A stretch of DNA of 64,000 nt from Eledone cirrhosa (lineage: Eukaryota): assembly GCA_964016885.1 (NCBI GenBank), contig OZ024742.1, forward strand, positions 286,068,001-286,132,000, in the 5' to 3' direction. Shown here piece by piece: positions 26,560 to 40,468 of the stretch. A program made the translations under genes and the position numbers. Position 1 is the stretch's first letter; each line of letters starts with the position of its first letter. Under the pieces are notes generated by a model. The model was not told where the DNA came from. It saw only the letters and a list, made by a program, of their open reading frames with translations, and ran no database searches.

Positions 26560-26909
26560 CTGTTCCATATCGGTATCTATACCATTGGTACACTGGTGGA
26601 GAATAGACTTATTTTTAAAAGCATCCGAAACTATAGTTAACTCCAGAAGACAGCCGATCAGCGGGAATTGTCCCTGTACTTGTATCATCCGAGATTTCTG
26701 TTTCCAATATTTGTCCCACGTGTTTTTGATGACATTATTGATGTAACCACAGAGACTAATATTTAAATGCATACAAATATATATAGTTAGATAGATAGAT
26801 AGATAGCTAGATAGATACACAAACATATATACATATACATATATATATACATAAATACACTCATACACATGCACATATATTCAGACCCACCCACATATGT
26901 ATATGTATA

Positions 26910-26996
<87 letters not shown>

Positions 26997-27161
26997 TCAC
27001 ATATATAGAGGTACTATGAGGTAAGCATTAATGATTTTCGTTTGTATTTATAAAGTAGTATTTCCCTCATCGTTAAGTCTAATAATCACAGTTTTTAACA
27101 TCGTATAATTATTTAATACTTTTTTCCTTACAAGGAATATAGACTGTCAGATCTAGAGACT

Positions 27162-27199
<38 letters not shown>

Positions 27200-27318
27200 T
27201 ATATATATATAATATACATATATATATGTGTGTGTGTGTCTCTATATATATATTATATATATATATACATATATATATATGTATATGTATATGCATATAT
27301 ATCTGTATATGTATATGC

Positions 27319-27417
<99 letters not shown>

Positions 27418-27439
27418 ATATATATATAAATATATATAC

Positions 27440-27513
<74 letters not shown>

Positions 27514-27611
27514 ATAATTTATTTATTTGTATATACATAAATATATATATATATATATCTGTATAAATACATATATGTACATAAATAAACATACATACAT
27601 ATTTATATGTT

Positions 27612-27719
<108 letters not shown>

Positions 27720-28102
27720 TGTGTAAGCGGTGTTTAATAATATAGTTACATACTTAACAAACGAACAATGGCCTCTAACTACTTTAATATAGCATTGATG
27801 ATGTAAATTTGTAAATTGTGAAGACGAAACGTGTGTTTTGGCATTTAACTGAATGTCATTGACCTTTCAAATTATCGGATCAGACGTCAATGATCATCAG
27901 GATCCTGCTGATGCTGCTACTGTTACTGATGATGAGGCTGCTCTTACAGATGCTGCTGCTGTTACTGATGTTGCCGCTGAAGTTGATGATAATGAAAGTA
28001 TTAATAATTGTGATAATGATAATTGTAATAATTTCTTACAAAGTTACAAGGCAGGAAATGTATGTTGATGGTGAGGAGGCGGCGAATAGTTCATTCATGG
28101 TA

Positions 28103-28517
28103 ATAATTGTTTCTACTTTTGGCACAAGGCCAGCAATTATCCCTGTGCATTACTGGTACTTTATTTTATCGACCCCCGTAAGGATGAAAGGCAAAGCAAA
28201 CCGCGGCGGGATTTGAAATCAGACCGTAAAGGGCCGTAACTCTATGCTGCAAAGCATGGTGTCCGACCCTCTACCGATACTGCCAATCAATAATAATAAT
28301 GGTTTCTGATTTAGGCACAAAGTCAACAATTTTGGTTGAGGGTACGTGGAAAGTTGATTAAATTAATACCAGTAAATGACTGGTACTTTATTTTATCGAC
28401 CCCGAAAATGATGAAAAGCAAAGTTAGCCTCGGTGGGATTTGAACTCAGACTGTAAAGGGCCGCAACTCTGTACTGCAAAGCATGGTGTCCAACACTTTA
28501 ACGATTCTGCCAATCCC
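28103..28517 (-). mobile_element. Two tandem copies of the main SINE family
   Basis: Copies at ~28103-28288 and ~28300-28517. Confidence 0.8.
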
Positions 28518-28950
28518 TCTGCAGCACTCGTCGTTGGAATCGATGGAGGTCCCTCATTCCGCTGCACTCACGTTGCCCTGTAAACGTAATCCGACCTTTG
28601 TATGTTTCCACTTTGACGAGATAAAGTGGGAACTCTACTCCAGCTTTCGTGCTCCACCACCAAATCGGGACTAGGGTATCGCGAAAAAAATGTTTTTCAT
28701 TAGAAATATGGTATCCAGAGGGTTCAATAAAAATACATCATGTGGTCAATCATTGTCAGATAATTCCACATTTGATCTTATTGACTTATTGGCTATTGGG
28801 TTATTGGGTTATTGGCTATTATGAGAGATTTATTGTAGATTAAGGAATCTTTAGAACATCAACATATATGAATGTTATGGTTTTTACTATATAACAAAAC
28901 AAAATATATGTATAAACGATAAACTGATACTCACACACATATAGTTTATG

Positions 28951-29022
<72 letters not shown>

Positions 29023-29199
29023 TTACTGTAGGTGATTGTGAAGAGTAAAATACCGCAGTCTGGAGCACTAATTATACGAGGATTTCGATTTTAACACCGG
29101 CTCATAACATATAGTACCATACGTTATGATACGTACAGGTGGATGGATGAACACGACTGGAATACCATCTATGAAGGATATATCTATATATATATATAT

Positions 29200-29441
29200 T
29201 AGAAAATAGAATAGCTTTCACCGACTAAAGGAATTTTAGCCTGATAATGGGGTTTAGAACCCTCAGATAAATGGAAAAAGATGAGTATTGACGTGCCATG
29301 TACGTCAATACTCATCTTTTTCCATTTATCTGAGGGTTCTAAACCCCATTATCAGGCTAAAATTCCTTTAGTCAAAAATACGGTGAAAGCTATTCTATTT
29401 TCTAATTTCAAACCTGCTCACTGTTTCAAAACATACTTACT
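29200..29441 (+). mobile_element. Palindromic tail-only copy of the tRNA-headed element (diverged subfamily)
   Basis: 29200-29294 is inverted at 29301-29404; similar to 4334-4480. Confidence 0.7.
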
Positions 29442-29443
29442 TG

Positions 29444-29500
<57 letters not shown>

Positions 29501-30487
29501 GTGTCTATATATGTTGTGACATTTCGTGAGTTTCCATCTACTGACGACATATATGTTGTATGTTCCCCTTGCCGGATATGCCTCGAACTTTGTTTAAACC
29601 ATGTATGAATTTTCTGTTATGAATTTTTCGTTATGAATTGACTACTTCAGCTTCTTCTGTACATTAACCCTGCTTTGCTTGTGTTTCGGCTTCTGTCTGT
29701 GCTGCACCCATCCTTATGCAAGACTAACACCTCTTATCTGCACAGCTCCACTACCTAATGGTTACGGTAACCGTGCTGAATTTGGTGAATACTAAATCCC
29801 CCCTGAACCTTATTACCATACTTTAAGGACTACATGGCACTTTTCTATATGACACCCCTATGGATGCCTAGTCCTAGTGTAAATTATTTGCTGGATATTC
29901 CTACTTTGACTATTGTAATATTTGCGTCACCGTGGCTCACCCTGTGAAACTATAGGACTTAAGAATCTTTGCCATGGGAAATCATCTAGCATATATCTAT
30001 TCGACTGTAAACAAATGCATGCTTTCTCTTCTTGCGTTTGTGTGCCCTCATATGCCTCTATGCCTTCCCCTCTCTTTTGTTAATTATTTTTTAAATATTT
30101 TGTTAATTAATTTTTAAATATTTTAAAATTATTTTTTAATTATTTTTTAAAGTAATTTTTTTCTTTTTTTAAAATTATTTAAAAAAATTTTTTAATAATA
30201 TTTTAATTATTTTTTAATTATTTTTTAACTATTTTAAAATTATTTTTGAGTATATTTTTTTTATTGCCTTGACTGATTTCATGTACCTTCACGTGCATCT
30301 ATCTCTTGTATGATTATTTTATTTTACCTTATTTTTCTTTACTTTGACTAACAACCCTATTATGTATCATCCCCAGCCTTCTCATCTCCATTCTCCCTAT
30401 TATCCTATTATCCTGTACCATATATCTATTGTTCTTGTGATATAGGTCGGTAGAGCTTATTTTCACTATTGTATTTTTGTTTTCAAC

Positions 30488-30532
30488 GCTCTGATGAGTC
30501 CTGCCCCATGGTATGGATGAAACATTGTCAGC
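30488..30532 (+). ncRNA. Type I hammerhead ribozyme at the 3' end of a decayed PLE-like insertion (~29500-30580)
   Basis: GCT-CTGATGA-GTCC...GGAT-GAAA-CATTG-TC-AGC; GUC cleavage triplet. Confidence 0.8.
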
Positions 30533-30576
30533 AAATAAAAATTGATTGATGATATAAGCACTCTTTGTTTTCTTTT

Positions 30577-30690
<114 letters not shown>

Positions 30691-30861
30691 AGAGGGAAAG
30701 AAAGATATATATATATATATACACACACACAATATTTAAAAAAAATCATGGATATGAAATTACTTTTATTCTTTCATTTCAATACGGTTATATATAAAGT
30801 TTATCCCGGGTTCAATCGGGGGGTAACCACAGTAAGTAAGGTACTCAATACAAAGCAGAGT

Positions 30862-30986
30862 ATAAATATTTAATATAGAAAAGTCTTCTACAGGACTAGA
30901 ACTGTTTCATTCGGGAGAAATCATCAGGAAGCCCGAATGAAACAGTTCTAGTCCTGTAGAAGCCTTTTCTATATTAAATATTTATA
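30862..30986. repeat. Palindrome (~50-bp arms) whose centre carries a minimal HHR motif on the minus strand
   Basis: Minus strand reads CTGATGA-TTTC-TCCC-GAAT-GAAA-CAGTTCTAG; similar motif at 25100-25129. Confidence 0.6.
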
Positions 30987-30990
30987 TATG

Positions 30991-31027
<37 letters not shown>

Positions 31028-31282
31028 ACGGTGCCCCAGCATGGCCTCAGCCGGATGGCTGGATCAGGTAAAAGGGTAAAAGAGTATATATATACATGCT
31101 CACAACATGTATATAAACTAATGCAGGTAAATAAGAAGATACTGTCAACAACGTCCGAGTTTTTTACCTGAATGTTCTAGTTGTTTCCTTTTGCACGACA
31201 ATTGCATATGGTGACTTTCGCACGATGACGAAATAAGGACTTGATAACACAGAAGCAATGATAATAATGAGGTTTGTTATGA

Positions 31283-31332
<50 letters not shown>

Positions 31333-31595
31333 ATAATAATAATAATGATTTCTTTATTAACCACAAGGGTTTACATAAAGTAGACATTAAGGACAGTGCA
31401 GGACAATGCAGGACGGTACAAATGGGCATTTCTGCGTGTAAAAAAAAAAACAGAGGATGTAACAAAAAATATCAATGAAAAATTCCCCAATAGGGGGGAG
31501 ACTTCGGAGGGACATTTGTGGAGAAAGCCCAGTAAAAAGCCACAATGACCCTGACCACCAAGGCAAGTGCCCTCTCCCAGTTTTCCACCTTTAAT

Positions 31596-34500
31596 TTACA
31601 GATATATACTCAGAGTAGGCCCATTCATTCGGGCCATACTTGCTTCTCTCACCCATCTTTCAACAAAATGCTGGGAAGAGAGCACTTCCATCTCTACCCT
31701 GATTTTCCTTTTCAAATTAAATTTGAAAAAGTTAATCAGGGCATCACCGAAGAGGTAAGTGCTCGTCTTCAGCCCTTTCAAACGTGTCCACCATACTATC
31801 TCTTTCGCCATGGCCACCAGACAGATAAAAACTGCCTGCCCTTCCCGGCTAAAGCAAGGGGGTGGGGCAATCCTCACGATGGACTCAGCTGATAGCTGGA
31901 TCCGTCCTACACGTGACAGCAGGTGTTCGACATAAACCCACAAGTCAGGAATGCTCGGACACTGGACGAGTGCGTGCAGGACGGTTTCGTCGCCCTGCGC
32001 GCATCTCGGACATGCCCGGCTGACGGCACCTCCATGCCTGTAGAGTTTATCCCGAACTGGCAAAGCTCCTCGGTAGCACTGCCAGGCCAGGGATTTCTGG
32101 AAGTTGTCCATAGGCCCCGGCCCGAAAGTCCTTCCGAAGAGATTGGCTAGTTGATTTTCGTCGACGCCGATAGTTTCTCCAAGTACGTCGTCGCTCTTCC
32201 CCTCCACTAATCCCCTATAGAACGCCAAGGTGGAGTTTCCACCGATCACATTGCCCGATTGGTCGAGGGCTGTGAGCGCCTGAAGACATTCCAGTCACCA
32301 AGCGCTCCCTCTCGGTCTTCGCTTGACCCAGGACTGCAGCTCCGTCAAGGAGACGAGCTGGGGAAAAACGTGTCTAGCAAACGGCGACCACACCTGATCA
32401 CCGTCGAGGAAGAGGTGGAGATGTCGTAGCCTGAGCGCGTGTCTGCGCATCATCAGCCACGGCAAGCCCAGCCCTCCACGTAGCGGGTGTTGACAGCAGA
32501 TGGACCGCCTGACCATCGGAGCGCGTCCCTTCCACAAGAAGCGAAAGAGCAAACGCTCCAGCGCAGTCAGGCGGGGCTTAGGACAAGGTACGACGGTCAG
32601 GCGGTAGTAGATGACGGACGTGATGTACGCGTTAGCCACCTCCGCTCGACCTTTCAGGGATAGCTTCCTCTCGGCCCATTTCTGTGTGAGAGAAGCGACC
32701 CTGCTCGTCACCTCGTCCCAGTTTTTGTCCGTCTGGAGGTCTGGACCGAACCAGACCCCTAGCAATTTAACCGGTCCGTCCGTCCAGCGCCCGACGACGC
32801 TGTTGGACGGCATGGACCTGCCTCTCCAGGTGCCGAGCTGCAGGCCCACTGACTTTTCCTGGTTGATCATTGCTCCTGTCACCGCTTCGTATTCTCTTAG
32901 TGTAGTGCCGATCGCCTCGATGTGTTTGGCGTTCGACACCACTACGGTGACATCGTCGGCATATGCTGACACGGATCTTCCGCATCCTAGTTCGCGCGGG
33001 ACCCCCTCAACGTCTCCAGTTTGTGCAGTAATGGCTCGAGAGTCAATACGTACAATAGGGACGAGAGGGGAAATCCTTGGCGGACCGAGCGCATGATGTT
33101 GAACGGTTCCGAAAGGTGACCGTTCACTCTCACTACAGAGCAGATGTCGCTGTGCATGGCAGCGATCCAGCCTCTGAAGACGGGCCCAAATCCAGCCGCC
33201 CTCAGGACTGCCGCTAGGTAACGATGGTCGACCCTATCGAAGGCTTTCGATTGATCTAAATTGATCAAAGACCCACCCTTGCCAGGTTCCCTAGCTACCC
33301 TCTCTACGATGTATCGCATGAGGTGGAGGTTGTCGTGGATGGATCTGTCGGGAATGGCGCATGTCTGTGCCTCTCCCACCAGACCACCAACGACAAGCGC
33401 CAACCTCTTTGCTAGCACCTTGGCCAAAATCTTGAACTCTGTGTTTAGCAGAGTTATGGGCCGGAAATTATCTATGTTATCCCCCTTGTTCGGATCCTGT
33501 CTCAGCAGTGCCACCGCTCCTCGGCTCACAGAGCTGGGAATTCTCCCGTTCTGTTGCCAGTTGCAGTAGACGTCCGCCAAGAGGCCTCCGAACAAGTTTG
33601 GCATTTGTACGTAAAGTTCATAGGGCAGACCATCCAAACCAGGCGATTTACCTCTTGTGCAACTAGTCATTGCATCCCGTACTTCAGCGGTTGTTATCGG
33701 CTTTTCGCAACACTTCGCCTCAGTGGCCGAGAGCCGCGGCAGTCCGTCGAGGTAGACACTAAAGTCCATCCCTCGATCCGGCCCACCGCTGCCCCCGAAC
33801 AGCTGAGCGAAGTGTCGCTGAAAAGCTTCACACATTTGCCCGGGATCGAGTAGCATGCGCCCGTCGTGGTCCACCAAAGACCGGATCGTGGCTTTGTTGC
33901 CACGACGCGCCTCCGCCACTCGGGCCCATTGAACGGCTTCCGTCCCCTCGTGTCTGAGAGCACGCACCCTAGCTCTGACAACGCAGCCTTCGTGCTTTGC
34001 ATTGAAGAATTGGTCAAGGGCCAATTTCGCCGCAAGCACGTCGGTCGCGATGCCTTTGCTAAGCGCCTCGTCTAATTTTCTAACTAGTTCTCCCTCTGCT
34101 CTATTTTTCTCTATTGCTAAAGCCTTACTAAACCTAATCGATTCTATTCTAATCGCTGTTTTCAGAGCAAACCACCACTTGTTGTTGACGATGGCCCCCG
34201 TCAACGCCCGCTTAACTAGTTCGCTAATCCGGTCTCTGTAGGTCTTGCGCGCTGGTAAGGACGCGTTTAGCTTCCAGTAGTCGGGTCCTCGTCTATGAAG
34301 CCTATCTAAGTCAAGCACACAGATCACGAATTTGTGGTCCGTGTAGCTGACTATCTTGAACTGTGGACAGCCTATGCTAGACCTATCTATTTCCCTACAA
34401 AATACTCTATCTAGATATGATCTGGATGACCCTATGCGGTTTGTCCAAGTCCACATTGGCACATTCGGGAAATCCAATCGGTACCGGTCAGACAGTTCAA

Positions 34501-35014
34501 AACGCCTGAGCAGGTTGGTGAGGCTCTTGCACCCTCCACCCCTATCCGCTAATCCCACACAGTCCCAGCGTGCATCTAAGATCCCGTTCCAGTCGCCCAC
34601 TAACACTAAAGAGCGGGACGTTCCAAGAAAGATCTCCAGACGCCGGAAGACATCAGGCCGCCCTGCTCCTGTCGGAGCATAGACGGCCACTAGCCTGAAA
34701 GCTTGCCCGTCTCCGCTGGTCACGTCCAGCACCACCAGCTTACCCTCTGGGTCCATGAAGATGGCCCGTATGGCCAGATCCAAACCTCTCCGAAAAAGCA
34801 CAGCAACTCCTCCCCCCGATCCCGGACGGCTGGGAGATGCGTACACATCGTAGCCGCCGAAGATCGGTGCGAAAGCCTGTGCTTCGGAGATTCTGGTCTC
34901 GCTGATGGCCACTACATCTATGTTTAGTGACCTGAGGTCGTTGAGCAGGTGGCCCTGCTTCCATGACGACCCCAAGCCACGCGCATTTATGCTGCCTATT
35001 CTGAGTGAGGTCAT
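31596..35014 (-). CDS. ORF2: APE endonuclease + RT + C-terminal Zn finger (frameshift ~33003, in-frame TGA at 32295-32297)
   Basis: SINARG, SET, VYAP, GDWN, YLD, TDH; KSPGLDG, FRPITLLN, LDQSKAFDRVDH, VRQG, AYADD; CPRC..ETVLHALVQC. Confidence 0.9.
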
Positions 35015-35049
35015 GTTTAAAATAGAGTGGAAAAGATGGGAAAGACCAC

Positions 35050-36864
35050 TTACCTTACTTCTCGTAGGGGAAGGACGGTTTTTCCATCTTTTTCACTGTT
35101 TGTGGCCTCCTCAGGAAGGATGTCCTTATAAATCCTCCTGGAGAGTGCTTGTCGGAAGTCTCCGATGTCTTTGGGGAATTTTTGTTTTAGTGTCATGTAC
35201 GTTTTCTGTGTGATGCGAGTGATTTGTATGTGTGGAGGTGGTGTGAATTTTGGGGTTGTTGTGTAGTCTTTTTCTGTGATGCTGGTGTTGTGTTGGATGT
35301 AGTGTAATAATTGCTTGTTGTTCAAATTTAATGCTGTGTAGTGTATATCGTTTTGGTTGTTTTGTTTTGTTTGCGTTTGTTGTGGGTTTGTTTCTGTTTC
35401 GCATTTTGGTGACTTTTGTGGTGTAGGTGATGGTGGTGTTGGGGTTAATGATGGTGATGGTGTTGGCGTTTGGGTTGATGGGGTTGGTGATGCTGGTGTG
35501 GATGGTGGAATATCTGTCCTAACTTTTTTGTTTCTTAATTTATTTGTTTCCCTCTGTATTTTGTTTTTGGAGGGGGAAGGAAGAGAATTTTTTCTTTTTT
35601 GGTTTCTTTTTTTTTTCCGGATATCGTTTCCCACTCCTCGTCGTCACAATCTGTCTCCAGTTGTGATAGGCCGGGGAGTGGAAAATCCTCCACAGCCGTT
35701 AGTTTTGGTTGTGGTGTGGTGGATGGTGTAGGCGCTGGTGCTAGTTCTGAAGCGTTGGGTTGTGGTGGTGTTGGTTTTGCTACTGTTGCTGGGGTTGTTG
35801 CTGTTATAGTTGCTTCTGTTGTTGCTGCTACAGTTGTTGCTGCCATCTCTGCTACTGGTGGTGTTGATGGTTGTGTCACTGGGGTGGGTAGGAGAGGTGG
35901 CCTCAACCTTTTAGCCTGAGGGCAGAAAGCCCTTAGGTGGGTTCCTTCACCACAAACGACACACCTAGGTCTTCTGCCCTCGACAATTACCGTGAGGTGG
36001 CTGCCGTCAGTGAGGTCTATTACCTCTGGGATCTCCTCAATGCCTTTTTGGTCCGCTTGGATCAGGAGCTCCATCCCAGATCCGGACCAGTTCTCCTGCT
36101 TTTCTTTTGCTATTGCTATTATTTTTGTGTTGGCTTCGATGCCGGCGAGGACGGCCGCTATTAGCCAGGGAATTTCGATGGCCGGTGGAACGTGGGTCAC
36201 CCTGATCTTTACGAGTCTCTGGCCACAATAACTTGGGACGAGTGTGAATTCGTCACTTTTTAATGGGGCCATGGAGTGTTCTATAGCCTCCTCTGGTGTT
36301 TCAAAGAAAACATCCACGGTTCCATACTTTTGCCCACGTCTGATGTGGGTTTTTCTTGCCCACACATGTCCCAAAGCTTTTTGGATTTGGGACTCGGATG
36401 CCCGTTCCACTCGGCGCGATTTTACATTTATTGTTCTATACGACACGGTGCATAGGTGCCGATGCTCCATTTTATTAGGTGTGTGTGGGGGGGGGGGTGA
36501 GGCTGACCCTGTACCCATCTTTCTTTACCATTTGTTTGGCATTTTCTAAATCCTCTTGAGTTACCGTGAATGCTTCGAATTGTTTTGCTACTATGGCGAA
36601 ACTGAGGGTCGGTTTTATAATGTCATTGTTGTTGTTGTTGCTATCGTTATTTGTGTTAATATTAATTTTAGTTTCAGTTGTGGTGGTGGTGATGTCAGTC
36701 GTCTTTGGTGCGAAAGAGTCCATTTTGCTTGATTTCATTTCGACATCACGAGTTAATTTATTTTTTTCTTCTTTTGTTTCTGTTGTCGCGGTGGTGGTGG
36801 TGGTGGAGGCTTTAACACCTGCAGTCATTGGTAATGGCGGGAAATGAATGTCTGCCTGAGACAA
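35050..36864 (-). CDS. ORF1: gag-like nucleic-acid-binding protein with CCHC knuckle (two homopolymer frameshifts, ~36490 and ~35610)
   Basis: Overlapping ORFs 36864-36475, 36518-35535 and 35634-35050 join at C and A runs; CVVCGEGTHLRAFC; Pro/Thr-rich tail. Confidence 0.75.
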
Positions 36865-37205
36865 ATTTAAAATATTGCTACTGCTTATATTTTTTTTGTG
36901 TTGGCAAACGTAGTAACATTTACAATGGTGGTGTCGGTGTGAGGTGTTATTTTGTGAGGAAGGCTTTCAGTTGCTTCGTGCAGAGGGGAATTAGCCATTT
37001 TTTTCAAAGAAATTTTTGGATAATAATAAAAGTTAAAATTTTGGGCACAAGGCCCCAATCTTTTTGGGTGTCCTTTTCGGAAAACAATGTATGTGTGCTT
37101 ATAAACAGTTAACAATAAAATTTTCCATAAATGGCAATTTTTAACAAACGGAAATAACAAACCTTTGCGGAGCTCACGATGATACGATTTACTACGTAGG
37201 TCGCC

Positions 37206-37242
<37 letters not shown>

Positions 37243-37246
<4 letters not shown>

Positions 37247-37854
37247 AACACCATATTTACAAGGAAGAGGCTAGCCTACTGTGCAGGATCTGTGGAGAGA
37301 GAGAGGAGACTGTGGCTCACATTGTATCCGAGTGTAAACACCTAGCCCAGACTCACTATAAGGGCTGGAGACATGATGTGATGGGTAGGGTGATCCACTG
37401 GCACCTATGCAAAGTAAACAATTTACCACATTCTGAGAAGTGGTATGAGCATAAGCCAGAGGCGGTGATAGAAAACGATCAGGTGAAGGTGCTGTTGGAT
37501 TTTAGGATACAGACGGACAAAAAACTGGAACACAATAGACCTGACCTGGTGGTTGTGGACAAAGAAAAAAGATCGTGCCTGATTGTGGTTGTGGCCTGCC
37601 CATTCGACATGAGAGTGCAAGAGAAGGAGAGGGAGAAAATTAACCGATTCCAGGACTTAAAGTGGGAGGTAAAAAGGATTTGGAACTGCCATGAAGTCAA
37701 AGTGATCCCGATCGTCATAGGCGCACTAGGGACTATCTCAAAAAGTTTCCAGGGATGGTTAAAGAAAATTGGCCCCTTCACGCTTTTTGGAACGCTTCAA
37801 AAGGCATGCTTGCTGGGAACAGCAAGAACCCTCCGACACGTCCTGAATATCTGA
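37243..37854 (+). CDS. C-terminal CCHC + restriction-like endonuclease of a 5'-truncated R4/Dong-like retroelement (element ends ~37930)
   Basis: CRICGEREETVAHIVSEC, RHD, NRPDLVVVD, EKEREK, PIVIGALG; (TAA)n-type repeats on both sides. Confidence 0.85.
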
Positions 37855-37954
37855 GGCTGCAGGTAGTGGCTTGATATTCATTTCAACAAACTTTCCAGTT
37901 AACTAACATCAATGACTGAGACTCAAAGCGTAATAACAACAATAATAATAATAA

Positions 37955-38065
37955 TAGTGATAGTCGGCGCACTTGGAAAGATAAAAAGGGGAACTGAAAA
38001 GTATTTGTACCAGATACTTGGAAAGGTATCCCTACAAGAGATACAGAAAATAGTGCTGATTTGCA
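37955..38065 (+). pseudogene. Second short RLE-element 3' fragment
   Basis: IVIVGALGKIKRGTEKYL..SLQEIQKIVL resembles the end of the preceding ORF. Confidence 0.55.
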
Positions 38066-38905
38066 CTGAGAAGGGCAATATCAATTTAAAAACCTTGTAA
38101 AGATATTTACTGTTGTTTGCAGAGACCCATGCATGCCTTCCAGCGGGTCCTGTCAGAAACAACCGTTTCCAATTGATCCGACTTGATCCGCCAATCAAGG
38201 CCAGCCGAGCTTATGGAAGTAGCGGCTTTAACGACGGCTCTACCAATTCAATAACATAATTGAAGACTTGGGAGTGGCTAACACTGTTTTTCAGCAAAGA
38301 AAACTAGGAAAACAAACCTTTTTATTATTATTATATGTTTACTTGTTTTGTTTTGCTATTCAATATAAAATAAAATATTGAGAATCACGCTCGTCTATTA
38401 ACCTCTTTAACATTAGTTTACTACTGTGACGAGCTTCTGAGGGAAAAAAACAAAGATTATACAATTGATATCACCAAAACACCAACAAAAACAATATTTT
38501 AACAATAAGGAGATTTTGAAATTTGGTACAAGGGTAGAAATGTTTTGGAGACAAGATCCAGTTAATTAAATTTACGTCAATATTTCTCTGTTATTTCGGC
38601 TGTCGACAATTGCGTGATCTGAATTTAAATGTAAAACATTTTACCTGCTGCTTTACCGATTCTACAATTAACGACCACAATAACATTAACAGCAACATCA
38701 ACAACAAAAATGATAACATTAACAATAACACCAGCAATGATAGCAACAATAATGACGATAGCAACTCCACCACCACCACCACTAACAACAACAATAATAA
38801 TGGTTTCTTTATTTATGAGGATTAGATGATGACAAGAGAAAGGGATATATAATTTAATATATAATATATACATGTACATATATATATATATATATGTGTG
38901 TGTGG

Positions 38906-38960
<55 letters not shown>

Positions 38961-39143
38961 TAATTTAATATATCTACTACCATAAGCGCACAGATGTACG
39001 CCAATGCCAGCAAATACACAGGTTATGTCATAGTACCTAGGTGGTTCAATGCAGGAGGATGCAGAACAATAATATAAAAGACGTAAAATAAGAAAATTAA
39101 AAAAAAAAATTTTAAAGAATTAACTTACTTACTTAAATTTTCA

Positions 39144-39223
39144 CTCCAACTAATTAGTTTCTGCAATGGGATAAAGACAGTTACGTAATGAACTGTTGAG
39201 AATTTCATTGCGTCATCAGGGAG
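39144..39223 (-). ncRNA. Type I hammerhead ribozyme (copy 1)
   Basis: Reverse complement of 39576-39655. Confidence 0.8.
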
Positions 39224-39575
39224 GTCTATTCTCAGCCAAGTCCCTAGGCAATGCGCGGACACTGGGGACTCATATAAAAATAATAATAATTCGGTAAATG
39301 GAACAGCTATCGAGGACTGGATTCCAGGCACTGAAAATTCTCACTGCCACTGGTCAAATGGCCGATTCTAAAGAATCAATCACGTGACACAGAGGCTAGT
39401 CAGTAGGAATGGGATGGTAAGATGACAGACGCCTACTAACACCCCCCCCCAAAAAAAAATTTAGTAGTGGTTTGGGCAGGTTTGCTCGACAAATCAGTGA
39501 TTTGGAGATAAATATAGATAATTTAATATATCTACTACCATAAGCGCACAGATGTACGCCAATGCCAGAATAGAC

Positions 39576-39655
39576 CTCCCTGATGACGCAATGAAATTCT
39601 CAACAGTTCATTACGTAACTGTCTTTATCCCATTGCAGAAACTAATTAGTTGGAG
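39576..39655 (+). ncRNA. Type I hammerhead ribozyme (copy 2)
   Basis: CTCC-CTGATGA-CGCAATG...CATTGCA-GAAA-CTAATTAG-TT-GGAG. Confidence 0.8.
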
Positions 39656-40124
39656 TGAAAATTTAAGTAAGTTAATTCTTAAAAATTTTTTTTTTAATTT
39701 TCTTAATTTACGTCTTTTATATTATTGTTCTGCATCCTCCTGCATTGAACCACCTAGGTACTATGACATAACCTGTGTATTTGCTGGCATTGGCGTACAT
39801 CTGTGCGCTTATGGTAGTAGATATATTAAATTATCTATATTTATCTCCAAATCACTGATTTGTCGAGCAAACCTGCCAAAACCACTACTAAATTTTTTTT
39901 GGGGGGTGTTAGTAGGCGTCTGTCATCTTACCATCCCATTCCTACTGACTAGCCTCTGTGTCACGTGATTGATTCTTTAGAATCGGCCATTTGACCAGTG
40001 GCAGTGAGAATTTTCAGTGCCTGGAATCCAGTCCTCGATAGCTGTTCCATTTACCGAATTATTATTATTTTTATATGAGTCCCCAGTGTCCGCGCATTGC
40101 CTGGAGACTTGGCTGAGAATAGAC

Positions 40125-40204
40125 CTCCCTGATGACGCAATGAAATTCTCAACAGTTCATTACGTAACTGTCTTTATCCCATTGCAGAAACTAATTAGTT
40201 GGAG
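40125..40204 (+). ncRNA. Type I hammerhead ribozyme (copy 3)
   Basis: Same sequence 549 nt downstream of copy 2. Confidence 0.8.
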
Positions 40205-40262
40205 TGAAAATTTAAGTAAGTTAATTCTTTAAAAATTTTTTTTTAAATTTTCTTATTTTACG

Positions 40263-40388
<126 letters not shown>

Positions 40389-40404
40389 CGTATAATAAAC
40401 AATA

Positions 40405-40468
40405 CCTCATTACCAGAGGTTTCCCGAACTAGCCGAATGCAAGAAACGTCCGCATTCGTCAGGCAAGG
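40405..40468 (-). ncRNA. Hammerhead-like motif with an atypical stem II region
   Basis: Minus strand reads CCTTGC-CTGACGA-ATGC..GCAT-TCGGCTAGTTCGG-GAAA-CCTCTGG-TA-ATGAGG. Confidence 0.45.

Larger units (their letters stand above)
31349..37205 (-). mobile_element. Full-length Tx1/L1-group non-LTR retrotransposon inserted in (TAA)n
   Basis: 5' UTR, ORF1 with CCHC knuckle, ORF2 APE-RT-ZnF, AATAAA at the 3' end; (TAA)n on both sides. Confidence 0.9.

Noticed and set aside
32295-32297. In-frame TGA in LINE ORF2 as selenocysteine or readthrough
   Set aside because: Single stop at a non-catalytic position, simply explained by a point mutation such as CGA>TGA; no SECIS recognised. Selenoprotein PLEs are Naiads with N-terminal EN, which are not seen here
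32611-36847. Plus-strand ORFs overlapping the LINE
   Set aside because: Antisense shadows of a GC-rich coding strand with no recognisable motifs
39125-40232. Repeated 68-138-aa ORFs in the 549-bp unit
   Set aside because: Short, with inconsistent or non-ATG starts created by the permutation junction, and overlapping the ribozyme; no domain recognised
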